A DNA stretch of 64,000 nt. Origin: an uncultured Pseudomonadota bacterium. GTDB taxonomy: Bacteria; Pseudomonadota; Gammaproteobacteria; Natronospirales; REEB76. The stretch spans positions 258,091 to 322,090 of the forward strand of contig CAVZGN010000002.1 in the NCBI GenBank assembly GCA_963774895.1. The letters are read 5' to 3'. Positions within the stretch are counted from its first letter, which is position 1, and each line of letters opens with the position of its first letter. The position numbers were made by a program, and so were the translations under genes. The notes below the pieces were generated by a model. The model searched no databases and had not been told where the DNA came from. It was given only the letters and a program-made list of their open reading frames with translations. Positions 47,461-57,900 of the stretch are shown here, in pieces.

Positions 47461-47561
47461 GAATAATGCACGTGGCCGTCTTTGTCGACCCAGCGGTACA
47501 CCTGATCTGCAAATGCTACGGTCATGCAGGCGCACAGCAACAATGTGAAGATGATTTTCAT
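47427..47561 (-). pseudogene. truncated DUF4124 gene (signal peptide plus signature only, 44 codons)
   Basis: MKIIFTLLLCACMTVAFA-DQVYRWVDKDGHVHYSQTP, then a premature stop. Compare the roughly 140-156-aa paralogues at 32413-33299. Confidence 0.55.
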
Positions 47562-47650
47562 GGCGACCCCTCCCGATCCCCGGTGCATTGAGTATAGCTT
47601 CGCGCCTGCCGGGCGGGGCAATGCGTCGGATGTGGTTCTAGCCCCCAATG

Positions 47651-47684
47651 AAAAATAAATAACGGGGCGGTGAGCCGCCCCGTT
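47651..47684 (-). terminator. rho-independent terminator of the CMD-family gene
   Basis: On the minus strand: AACGGGGCGG-ctca-CCGCCCCGTT followed by ATTTATTTTT. Confidence 0.6.
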
Positions 47685-47703
47685 GTTGTCTTGCAGCCGG
47701 GCC

Positions 47704-48258
47704 TCAGCCAGCCTTCTTCCATAGCTTGGTTTCGAGCTGTTTATCGAGCGGGGTTCTGGCGATAAGGTTGGTGTAATTGGTCAGGGTCACCATGCCGACC
47801 GCCAGCACGATCTCCAGGATATTGGCACGCGTGTAACTCGCATCCAGGAAATCATTGATGTCGCGTTCAGCGAGGTGGCCGCGACTGTTTACAACCTTGG
47901 CGGTGAAGGAACGCAACTTCTCCAGTTTTTTGTCCTTCAGGGGTTTGTTGGCGCGGATGGCGTCGATCACCTCGGACGGCACTTCGTCCCGCTCGGCGGC
48001 ATCGCTTTGCAGGGCCACGCTATAAGCGCTGCCGTTCTCACGGCTGGCGGTCAGCAGAACGATCTTGCGTTCTTCCTTGCTGAGCCCGGTCTTCTCGAAT
48101 AGCTCTCGGAGTGCCGCATGGCCTTTCAACAACAGCGGCGATTCGGCCATGACCGCGTAGATGTTGTGGATATCACCTTGCTGCAACTTGATCTTCTCGA
48201 GCTCGGTGCGTGACTCGGTCGGGGCAGTGTTGATGTCATATATTTTGAACTCATACAT
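47704..48258 (-). CDS. carboxymuconolactone decarboxylase (AhpD-like) family protein lacking the usual Cys pair
   Basis: 184 aa from the ATG at 48258 (AGGAGA ribosome-binding site). It has CMD-family architecture, but the core reads SRENGSAYSVALQS where the family usually has C-x-x-C-x-x-x-H. Confidence 0.75.
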   Translation of the reverse strand: MYEFKIYDINTAPTESRTELEKIKLQQGDIHNIYAVMAESPLLLKGHAALRELFEKTGLSKEERKIVLLTASRENGSAYSVALQSDAAERDEVPSEVIDAIRANKPLKDKKLEKLRSFTAKVVNSRGHLAERDINDFLDASYTRANILEIVLAVGMVTLTNYTNLIARTPLDKQLETKLWKKAG

Positions 48259-48817
48259 GATGATTCTCCTCATAACAGTGGATTTGGGTAATGCAGGATG
48301 TCGGGAATTTTCTACGTTCGCTGGATTACGGGCGCAGACAACCTGTCAGCAACTGCAGCAGACGGGTCTCATTCTCAGGTACGCGCGCTGATGGGAACGG
48401 GAGGCGACTCAGGCAGAGCTACATCCTACGATTAGCTTTGACGTAGAAGATGAAAGTTAGTTCAGTTCTTTTTTTACCTAGCACTTCAGAACCTGTCGTG
48501 TTCTTACTGTGCTTTCAGCATCGAACACGAAACTGGTTTAATGAGCTTGCGCTCTGTATGTAGATGTCTCACACAAAGAATATGCCCATGGCGTTGGCGA
48601 GGTTATGGAACACCACGCCCGGCCACACGCTACCGGTGCTAGGTTCCTCCCGCTTGCTGGCGTGTTCCGCCTGGCGCCGGAGTTTTCAGGAAACATTTGC
48701 GGCAGTCTAAGTAAGATATTCAGTCGTTAAAGAATATAATCTTAATGTCCACGTAGACGTTGCGTTTACTTGATGCTGTTGAATGGTTTCTATATCAACA
48801 CAAACGAGGTGATCAAC

Positions 48818-49063
48818 GTGAAAAAGCAAATACTGAGTCTTAGTGCCGGGATACTAATAGGAGCGATGGTTTGTTGCGTTGTGTACGCCAGGGAGATGCG
48901 CCATCCGGAAATGCATGCGGCCCTGCAAAATCTGCAGGCTGCCGAGCAAAGTTTGCAAAAGGCAACCCATGATTACGGCGGCCATCGTGAGAAAGCCATG
49001 CAGCTTATCCACGACGCGCAAGAGGAAATCAAAGCCGGCCTCGCCTATGCCAAGGACCGTTAA
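48818..49063 (+). CDS. small secreted/anchored hypothetical protein
   Basis: GTG start behind GAGGTG, an N-terminal hydrophobic segment, and a helical Gln/Ala-rich remainder. No recognisable motif. Confidence 0.45.
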   Translation: MKKQILSLSAGILIGAMVCCVVYAREMRHPEMHAALQNLQAAEQSLQKATHDYGGHREKAMQLIHDAQEEIKAGLAYAKDR

Positions 49064-49327
49064 CCGCTGACTGTGGCCGTCAACAACGGATGGAATGACC
49101 CGGGCGCAACGCCCGGGTCATCTGTTTGGGCTATATACGCAGGTGCGAGTGTAAACAGTACCAGCGGCAGCACAAGAATAATGCCGGCTCTCGGTTACAT
49201 CCGCCCCCAGCATGCAGTTTGTGGCAGGTCTTGCATCCAGCATGAAATATTTCTGAAAGCCTTGCTTGAAGGTCAGGTGTGTACTAGCGTTTAGAGCGAC
49301 GGGTTCCAGTTTAGTGAGGCGGCCACC

Positions 49328-50143
49328 ATGACAAACTCCATGCGGCCCAGCCGTGTGCTGTTCGCGGCAACCCTAATCGCGCTCGGCATCGCCGGCATCA
49401 TCAACGGTGATTTTGCCCTGGGCTGGCAACACATACCCCTGCAGCATCTGCCAGGTCGGACCTTCATCGCCTACGTGTGTGCCTCGATCGAACTGGCTAC
49501 CGGTCTCGGCTTGTTGCTGAAACCCACGCTGACACTTGCTTGCCGCATCCTGTTCCCCTACCTGCTGCTGTGGGTTGTGCTGCTGGAAGTACCGGTGGTG
49601 ATACGCTTGCCGCAACACACTGACGCCTGGGGAAGTCTCGGCGAGATTGCCATTATCGCGGCGGGCGCCTGGTGCCTGTTCGCTGCGCATGCGGGAGCCT
49701 GGGAAAAGGCGCACCTCAAATTCGTCGTGGGCAGCAACGGCATCCGCGCGGCGCGCCTGCTGCTTATCGTCGCGCTGCCCATGATCGGGCTGGAAGTGAT
49801 GGCCGATGCTGCGAACACCGGGAACAGCATTCTTCCCCCGTGGCTGCAGTGGTTGCCCTTCCCTGCTGGCTGGGCCTATCTAAGCGGCGTCGGCAGCTTC
49901 GCTGCCTGCCTGGGACTGCTATTGAGCATGTTCCCGCGGCTGGCAGCCACACTCGAAGCCGCAATGCTGGGCACCATCGCGGTCATTTATTGGGGACCCT
50001 GGCTGCACACCGGGCGTACCGCCACCACGGCTTTCCTAATCTCATGGGCCATCGCTGCCGGCGTCTGGCTGGTGGCCGATACCTATCGCGGCGTGCCGTG
50101 GTTGGCACGCGGCCGGGCCAGCCGCGGAATCACGCTCGATTGA
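49328..50143 (+). CDS. hypothetical multi-pass membrane protein
   Basis: 271 aa with about 7-8 hydrophobic helices. No motif that I can name confidently. Confidence 0.6.
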   Translation: MTNSMRPSRVLFAATLIALGIAGIINGDFALGWQHIPLQHLPGRTFIAYVCASIELATGLGLLLKPTLTLACRILFPYLLLWVVLLEVPVVIRLPQHTDAWGSLGEIAIIAAGAWCLFAAHAGAWEKAHLKFVVGSNGIRAARLLLIVALPMIGLEVMADAANTGNSILPPWLQWLPFPAGWAYLSGVGSFAACLGLLLSMFPRLAATLEAAMLGTIAVIYWGPWLHTGRTATTAFLISWAIAAGVWLVADTYRGVPWLARGRASRGITLD

Positions 50144-50163
50144 CAAACCGATCGTCAGATCGG

Positions 50164-50937
50164 TTACTTCACCGGCTTGCGGAAGCGGTAGATGAACTGG
50201 TCGGTGTGGCCGCGGATCGAAGGGTCGAAGATCCTGATTGTGTGCGGGTCGGCCGGGTTGCGCAGCGCATCGCTCTCACCATCGAACACGAAGCCGGCGG
50301 CTTCCACTTCTTTTTTCACCACCGCCGGATCGATGCGGTGCAGGGTATTAGTGTCGCTGGTGCCGGAACCGGCCGGCGCTACATGGTCGATGATCACGAA
50401 CAGACCACCGGGCTTGAGCGCGGCGAACACCTGCTGGTCGAACGCTAGCATATCCACCGGTCCTATGAAGGGATCATGCAGGTCGTGATAGTTCTGCGAA
50501 GTGAACACCAGGTCCACCGATTCGGGCGCGCTCAAATGCGCGGCCGGTTGCCGTAGCAAGCTGACATTAGCGTACTGCGGCGTGGTCACCAGTTTTTGCC
50601 ATTCGGGATAGCTCTTGGTGGCGAACTTCATGGTCTCGTCCGGCCATACGGTGTACACATGGCCCTTGGTGCCGACGATGCCGCTGAACACGCGCGTCCA
50701 ATAACCTGTTCCTGGTATCAGCTCCAGCACTTTCTCGCCGGGCCTGACCCGGGCGAACACCATCACGGTGGTAATCTGGCGGCGGGCGTCGTTGGTTGCA
50801 TCGTCCTTTCGGGCCGGATCGTTGACGGCAGCGGTGATATACGCGGGAACGGCATTGCCCACAGCGGCTGGAGGCGTGGTCAGCGCAGAGCAAGGCAACG
50901 CAAGGCTGATCAGCATGAGGGTGATTAGGGTGCGCAT
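50164..50937 (-). CDS. class I SAM-dependent methyltransferase with an N-terminal signal peptide
   Basis: Start at 50937 (MRTLITLMLISLALPCSA). The motif I-like block VLELIPGTGYWT and the C-terminal HRIDPAVVKKEVEAAGF resemble the exported methyltransferase family. Confidence 0.8.
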   Translation of the reverse strand: MRTLITLMLISLALPCSALTTPPAAVGNAVPAYITAAVNDPARKDDATNDARRQITTVMVFARVRPGEKVLELIPGTGYWTRVFSGIVGTKGHVYTVWPDETMKFATKSYPEWQKLVTTPQYANVSLLRQPAAHLSAPESVDLVFTSQNYHDLHDPFIGPVDMLAFDQQVFAALKPGGLFVIIDHVAPAGSGTSDTNTLHRIDPAVVKKEVEAAGFVFDGESDALRNPADPHTIRIFDPSIRGHTDQFIYRFRKPVK

Positions 50938-51048
50938 GGCGGACTCCATTGATATGAACTGATGCAGAAGATTGTACGCGTAAATACTGGAGCTGCCGTG
51001 TGGCATCCAGGCATGTGCGCAAACGCGGCACTGTTTAATACCAGGCAT

Positions 51049-52809
51049 TTAAGCTGTCGTATCGGCGCCCAGCAACGTTCGCGCCTGGCTCTGCACCTCA
51101 GGCAGTGTGACCAGCGGCGCTGTCACCAGCGCCTCCACCAGTTTGGCCTTGGCCCCCATGCGCAACGCGTACAAGGCCATGCCCATCTGTTGGGCCACGT
51201 GCGCCAATAACTGGCGTTCGTCCACCGCATAGTGCTCGCCCGGGCGGTTGGCGCACACCAGCACTTCCTGCAGCTCGCCATGCGCGGCCATGGGGAACGC
51301 ATAACCATCGCTGCCGAGGGCGCTGTGAAATTCCGTGAGATCGATGTCGTTCTGGTCGGCGCGTGCGGCCACGAAGGCGGTATCGTCGATCTTCACATGC
51401 TGCGGATAGACCACCTCACCCTGCTGGCGAACGCAGACATAGGTCTTGCCGCCGCGTTCGTAGATGGCCACGCCGCGCGCACCCAGGTACTGACGGATAT
51501 CGGTGATGGCGGTCCCCATCAGTTCATCCGCCCGTTCGAAGCGATTGCATAGCCGTGCGAAGCGGCGCAGTGCCCTGTCAGCCAGATATCTTTTCCTGAA
51601 GAACACGCGCTCCACGATGCGATCCATATAACTGCGCACGCGCGTGAGCACGATACCCAGAGACAGTGGTACAACCACTTGTAGCAGCAGGCTGGCACTG
51701 GTGCCCAGGGCCGCGTGCTGCACTAGGCTGTTGACTGCCGCGAGAACGCCCACTACCAGCGCAGTGACCGCGCCGTATACCAGTGTGCGGTCCAGCAGCA
51801 CTGACACGTCCACCACCCGGTGCCGCAGCACCGCATACACGAAACCAGCTATCGACAGGAGACTCAAGCTGTCCAAGGTCAGCAGCGTGAGCTGTTGCCC
51901 GAAGAAATGGGTGTTGGAGATTACGATGCTGATCAGCCAGGCGACACTGCTCCACAGCATCCAGCGCAACCGCAAACGCTGCTCCGCATGCGCATGGCGA
52001 TAGGATGCGAACAGCAGCATCACCGGGATTAGATAACTGGCACTCCAGAGGATGCCGGTCCAGGATAAGAAGCCCACCGGCCAGCCCAGCGTGACATACA
52101 GGATGTTACCACCCAAGCTGAATATTAACGCACCAGCAAGCAGGATCAGGATAAAACTGCCGAGATACCAGGCGCGTACCCGGGTTGTCAGCATCGGCCG
52201 GGCGATTGCATCAGCCATGATGTAGAAGCCCACGCGTGCGAAGAAATATATAAGGTTCGCCGAGACCACCACCGCAAGTCCCGCCACCCCATCGAGCGGG
52301 AAGACATCGGCGGCCGCGACCACAATCGCAATGGTCCACAGCGCCATACCGGCCGCCGCGCGGTCGCGGCCACGCCACAGAGTCAGCAATGCCATAGTAG
52401 CTGCCAGCATCAGAAAAACGAAGTTGACCGATTGGATGAAGCGCATACCTGCCGCGGCGTTCATTGACAATGTGGTGATCGGGAGCGTGACAACCGCATC
52501 GCCCCGTTGGATTACGAAGTCATAAGTTTTTCCAGGCGGGAGGTTTCCCTGCAGGACACTGGCAATGGAGTTGATGGTGATGGCGATACGGGTCGCTCGA
52601 GGTTGGACCGCGAGATCAATGCGGTCACCCGCCTGGATGCCCGCCGGCAACGGGATGCCATCGATCGGCTCGATCACGGCTGTGTGTATATTCCGTATGT
52701 TGATCTCGATGGGCAGTGCCGCAGGTCTGAAGTTCATGTAGCCGCCGTAAACGGCTGCCGCCACCACCAGCGCGGTAAGCAAGGACAAGAGCGTGTACTG
52801 ACGACGCAT
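51049..52809 (-). CDS. multi-pass membrane protein with a C-terminal GAF-like domain (paralogue A)
   Basis: N-terminal TM helix, an extracytoplasmic segment of about 110 aa, about 9 TM helices, and a cytoplasmic GAF-like domain of about 170 aa (...GVAIYERGG..YVCV...AFPMAAHGELQEVLVCANR). Start 52809 fits the GGGAG ribosome-binding site better than 52815. Confidence 0.75.
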   Translation of the reverse strand: MRRQYTLLSLLTALVVAAAVYGGYMNFRPAALPIEINIRNIHTAVIEPIDGIPLPAGIQAGDRIDLAVQPRATRIAITINSIASVLQGNLPPGKTYDFVIQRGDAVVTLPITTLSMNAAAGMRFIQSVNFVFLMLAATMALLTLWRGRDRAAAGMALWTIAIVVAAADVFPLDGVAGLAVVVSANLIYFFARVGFYIMADAIARPMLTTRVRAWYLGSFILILLAGALIFSLGGNILYVTLGWPVGFLSWTGILWSASYLIPVMLLFASYRHAHAEQRLRLRWMLWSSVAWLISIVISNTHFFGQQLTLLTLDSLSLLSIAGFVYAVLRHRVVDVSVLLDRTLVYGAVTALVVGVLAAVNSLVQHAALGTSASLLLQVVVPLSLGIVLTRVRSYMDRIVERVFFRKRYLADRALRRFARLCNRFERADELMGTAITDIRQYLGARGVAIYERGGKTYVCVRQQGEVVYPQHVKIDDTAFVAARADQNDIDLTEFHSALGSDGYAFPMAAHGELQEVLVCANRPGEHYAVDERQLLAHVAQQMGMALYALRMGAKAKLVEALVTAPLVTLPEVQSQARTLLGADTTA

Positions 52810-52951
52810 GGTCATCTCCCGTTAATTCTGCAGTCCGCTTTGGCCGCGGAATCTGAGTCACTCAAGCATTGAGCAAAGTTTAAGTTAGGGTCAGTTTTCG
52901 AACCCGAAAATATTTATTAATTCACGTTTGCCGATTCTCACGCGCGCAAGA

Positions 52952-54709
52952 TCACGTGCCCACCCACGCGGTCTGGAGTGACTGCGCCCGCGCTTTGGCG
53001 CTCTCGATATCCAGTTGGCCACTGGCCACGGTGCGCACGAAGGCTTCGTTATCCCGGGCACGCAGGATGCGCCAGGCGGCGCCAACGTTACTGGCGACCT
53101 GGCTGATGAGCTCTTTCTCATCGGAGGCAAAGTGTTCACCCGGCCGGTTGGCGCACACCAGCACGCCGCGCACCACACCCAGGACGGTCATGGGAAACAC
53201 ACAGCCATCTGCACCCAACTTGCTGTTGAAGTCGGATAGATCCACCGCCTTCTGTTCCGCGCGCGCGGCCACCATGGCAGCGTCATCCGTATGCACATGC
53301 TGCGGGAACGCCTGCGTTTGTGTCTGGCGCACACAGGTGTAGCCGTCATCGGCCTGTTCGTAGAGCGCCACCGAGGGGCTGCGTGTATGCCGTTGGATCT
53401 CGGTCACCGCATTGTCCAACAGGCTTTGGATGTGTTGTATGTGACCACAGTGCTTGGCAAAACTCCGCAGTGCCTTCTCCTCCAGGTACTTGGTCCTGAA
53501 GAACACACGTTCTACGATCCTATCCATGTAAGCGCGCACGCGCGTGAGCACGATGCCCAGTGACAGTGGCACCGCCACCTGCAGCAACAGGCTGGCGCTG
53601 GTGCCTAGGGCCGCGTGCTGTACCAGGCCGTTGACCGCTGCGAGTATGCCCACCACCAGCGCGGTGACCGCGCCGTATACCAGGGTGCGGTCCAGCAGTA
53701 CCGACACGTCCACCACCCGGTGCCGCAGCACCGCATACAGAAAGCCCATGACGCCCAGCAATTGGGTGACGTCGGTAAATGCCACTGAAAATTGCAGACT
53801 CAGGATCGGCGTGTTGGATACCACGATGCCAACCAGCCAGATCACGCTGCTCCACAGCATCCAGCGCATGCGCAGCCGCCGCGCCGGAGCCGCATGTTGA
53901 TAGGCGGTGAACAACAGCAGGATCGGCACCAGATAACTGGCGGACCAGATAAGGCCCGCACGTGGCAGCAAGCCACCGGCCCAGCCCGTGAGCGCATACA
54001 GTATCGGGCCGCCGATGGAAACCAGCGCCGAACCCGCAACCAGGACCAGGATGAATATCACCAGATACAGCCTGCGCAACCTGGGGTTTAATATGGGACG
54101 TGCAATAGCGGCGGCCATGATATAAAAACCGATGCGTGCCAACAAAAAGCCGAAATTCGCGCCGGTTCCCGCGGCCAGGCCGGCCAGGCCATCCAGCGGA
54201 AAAATAAACGCGCCGCCAATCACATTGCCAATGGTCCACAGCGCCATGCCGGCAGCGGCACGATCATTTCCGCGCCACACGATCAGTAGCGACAACAGGG
54301 TCAGAATTAATAACTGCAAGAAACTGATCCATTGGACCACTGGAATACCGGTTGCATCACCCAACTTTACCGCGGGCACCGGCACCGTGATCTGCGTATC
54401 ACCCCGTTGGATCACAAAGTCATAGGAGTGTCCCAATGGGAGCGTGGCTGACAGATAAGCAGACAGGGTATTGACCCCGATGACCTCGCGTGTCAGAAGC
54501 GGCTGGGCGGCAAGATCCATGCGGTCGCCGGACTGGATACCAGCCGGCAATGGGATACCGGCGATGGGTTGGATTACGGCCGTGTGCGTATCCTCGACAT
54601 TGACCTGCACCGGCAGGCCGGCAGTGTTGAACAGCATAAACCCGCTGAATATGAAGCTCGCCACGATGAAAGCCGTCAGCAGGGACAAAAGTGCGTAGTG
54701 CCGTTGCAT
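52952..54709 (-). CDS. multi-pass membrane protein with a C-terminal GAF-like domain (paralogue B)
   Basis: Collinear with paralogue A along its whole length. Start at 54709 (MQRHYALLSLL, GGAGA ribosome-binding site) matches the paralogue A N-terminus. Confidence 0.75.
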   Translation of the reverse strand: MQRHYALLSLLTAFIVASFIFSGFMLFNTAGLPVQVNVEDTHTAVIQPIAGIPLPAGIQSGDRMDLAAQPLLTREVIGVNTLSAYLSATLPLGHSYDFVIQRGDTQITVPVPAVKLGDATGIPVVQWISFLQLLILTLLSLLIVWRGNDRAAAGMALWTIGNVIGGAFIFPLDGLAGLAAGTGANFGFLLARIGFYIMAAAIARPILNPRLRRLYLVIFILVLVAGSALVSIGGPILYALTGWAGGLLPRAGLIWSASYLVPILLLFTAYQHAAPARRLRMRWMLWSSVIWLVGIVVSNTPILSLQFSVAFTDVTQLLGVMGFLYAVLRHRVVDVSVLLDRTLVYGAVTALVVGILAAVNGLVQHAALGTSASLLLQVAVPLSLGIVLTRVRAYMDRIVERVFFRTKYLEEKALRSFAKHCGHIQHIQSLLDNAVTEIQRHTRSPSVALYEQADDGYTCVRQTQTQAFPQHVHTDDAAMVAARAEQKAVDLSDFNSKLGADGCVFPMTVLGVVRGVLVCANRPGEHFASDEKELISQVASNVGAAWRILRARDNEAFVRTVASGQLDIESAKARAQSLQTAWVGT

Positions 54710-54900
54710 GGATATCTCCGTTATCTCTCGATGCGTGACATTTAAAATAAACTCACAACTCATTCAGTATGCATGTAATCCAATGATCAAGTCAGCAAGG
54801 TCTTGTCTGGTATGGGCTATATCAGTAACCATCCCCGAATTCAGTGGACGCGATACACTATCGATCACTTCCCGACCGTCCCTATTCTGAGGAGTCTCGC

Positions 54901-57900
54901 ATGCTGCATCGTGTCGCCCGCAGGGCTGCCATCCTGTCTGCCACGTTGGTCTTGTCGGCCACCGCACTGGCGCCATCGGTGTCCGCCGCGGATGCAACCG
55001 GTCCGTATGCCGGGCTGGTGTGGCGCTCCATCGGGCCTTCCCGGGGCGGCCGGACGCTGGCGGTGGCCGGTGTGGCACAGCAACCCGATGTGTTCTATTT
55101 CGGTGCGGTGGTGGGCGGGGTGTGGAAGACCGAAGATGCCGGCGCTAGCTGGACGCCCATATTCGACAAGCAGCCGATCGCTTCCATCGGCGCCATCGCG
55201 GTCGCGCCCTCGGATCCCAATGTGATCTATGTGGGCAGCGGCGAGTCCGCGCTGCGCGAGGACATCTCTTTCGGTGACGGCGTATATAAATCCACTAATG
55301 CCGGCCAGACCTGGCAACACCTCGGTCTGACAGACACACGCCATATCGGCAAGATCATTGTGGACCCGAACAATCCCGACATCGTGCTGGTGGCGGCGGT
55401 CGGCCATGCCTATGGGCCGAACGCGGAGCGCGGCGTGTTCCGTTCCACCGACGGCGGCCAGACCTGGAAGAAAGTGCTGTACCAGGATGAACACACCGGC
55501 GCGGTGGACCTGAGTTTCAGTCCCGATAACCCGCGCATCGTATATGCCGCCACCTGGCAGGTGCAGCGCAGTCCCTGGCATCTGGAAAGCGGCGGGCCGG
55601 GCAGCGGGCTGTACAAATCCACGGACGAGGGCCTGACCTGGAAACGGCTCGAGGGTCACGGTCTGCCGGCGGGCGTGTGGGGACGCCTCGGGGTATCCGC
55701 TGCCGGCAACGATCGGGTGTATAGCGTGATCGATGCCAAGGACGGCGGCCTGTATCGTTCGGATGATGGCGGCGAAAACTGGGAACGTGTAAGCAGCGAT
55801 GCGCGCCTCACGGAACGTCCGTGGTATTTCAGCCGGGTGTACGCCGATCCCAGCAACCCCAACGTGGTGTACGTAGCCAATACCGGTTTCTACAAGTCCA
55901 TCGATGCCGGCGCTACTTTTCATATGCTGCGTGCGCCGCATGGCGATAACCACGGGCTGTGGATCGATCTTGCCGATTCGACGCGCATGATCATCGGTAA
56001 CGACGGCGGCGCCAGCATCAGCGTCAACGGCGGCGACACCTGGTCCACGCAACTCAATCAACCCACCGCCCAGTTCTACCATGTGGCCGTGGATGAGCGC
56101 TTCCCGTATTACGTGTACGGCGCGCAACAGGACAACGAGAGCGTGGCGATCGCGAGCCGCAGCGATTACGGTTCCATAGATGCGCACGACTGGTATGTAG
56201 TGAGCGACAACGAGTCCGGCTACGTGGTGCCCGACCCCACCGATCCGGAGACCGTGTATTCGGGTTCGTATTTCGGCATCCTCACCCGCTACAACCGGCA
56301 TACCGGGCAGTTCCAGGATGTCTCACCCTGGCCGTTCGATGCCGACGGCCACCCCGCCGCCGAGATGCAATACCGCTTCACCTGGACCATGCCCCAGGTG
56401 TTCTCGCCACAAGATCCGAAAGTCATGTACTTCGGTTCCCAATACCTGCTGCGTTCCGACGATGCCGGCATGAGCTGGACTGCCATCAGCCCCGATCTCA
56501 CGCGTGACGACAACAGCAAGCAGGGCGTCTCGGGCGGACCGGTGACTCTCGACGATGCCAGCGCTGAATACTACGACCTCATCTACAGCATTGCGCCTTC
56601 GCCGCTGGCGGCCGGACAGATCTGGGTGGGCACCGACGACGGCCTGATCCAGCTGACCCGCGACGGCGGCAAGCACTGGCAGAACGTCACCCCTAAAGGT
56701 ATGCCGGCCTGGGCCAAGGTGAGCCTCATCGAAGCTTCGCATTTCGATGCCGGCACTGCCTATGTCGCGGTGGATGCCCACAAGCTGGATGATTTCCAGC
56801 CCTATATCTTCGTGACCCATGATTACGGCCGCAGCTGGATGCGCGCCGACCAGGGCATCAGCGCGCCGGCATTCGTGCGCGCAGTGCGTGAAGACCCGGT
56901 GCAGAAGGGACTGTTATACGCCGGCACCGAGACCGGCGTGTACGTGTCGTTCGACGGCGGCAGGAACTGGCGCTCGCTGCAGCTGAATCTGCCGGTGACC
57001 TCGATGCGGGATCTGGTGGTGAAGGACGGCGATCTGGTGGTCGCCACCCACGGTCGCGGCTTCTGGATACTGGACGACATCCTGCCGCTGCGCGAGATCG
57101 CTGCCGGCGTCAACCCGGACTCGGATCATCTGTATGCCACGCGCACCGCCGTGCGCCTGCATTCTGTGGATGACGGCAGTCTGCCGTACGAATCCGTCGG
57201 CGAGAACCCGCCCGCTGGCGCCACCCTGTATTACTCACTGGCAACGAATACGAAAACCGAGGTGTTGGTCGAAATCAGCGATGCCACCGGCAAAGTCATC
57301 CGGACGTTCTCGAGCACACCGAAACCGGTGGAGAACGATCATCCGTTGGAATTCCCCACCGAAAAACACGAGCAGCCCGAACCGCTGGAAACCAGCCCCG
57401 GTCTGCACCGGCTAGCGTGGGACCTGAGGTACATGGCGCCGTCCGATATCCCGGGCGCCTATTACGACTCCGGCAGTCCGGTGTCGCCCATGGTGCTGCC
57501 GGGCACCTACACGGTGACGCTAAAGATCGGTGACAAAAATTTTTCACAACCACTGACGGTTATTACCGATCCGCGCGTGCAGGTCACGGCGGAGGCACTG
57601 CGGCAGCAGTTCGATCTGATGATGAAGCTCGACCAGGCCTTGGCTGAGGATCACGCGGCGGCCAACGCCATCCGCGGAGTCCGGGAACAGCTCGATAACC
57701 TGCAGCATCGTCTCGCCGGTCGCACCGATGCCCTAGGCGTCATCAGTGCTGCAAACGAACTGGATGCAAAACTTGTGGACTCGCTGGAAAACTTCTACCA
57801 ATACCGCGCGCACGCCGAGGAGTCGCAACTCAACTATCCCACGCAGCTCAACAGCCAGCTGGCGTATCTAGAGGTGCTGGTGGATAGCGCTGACGGCGCG

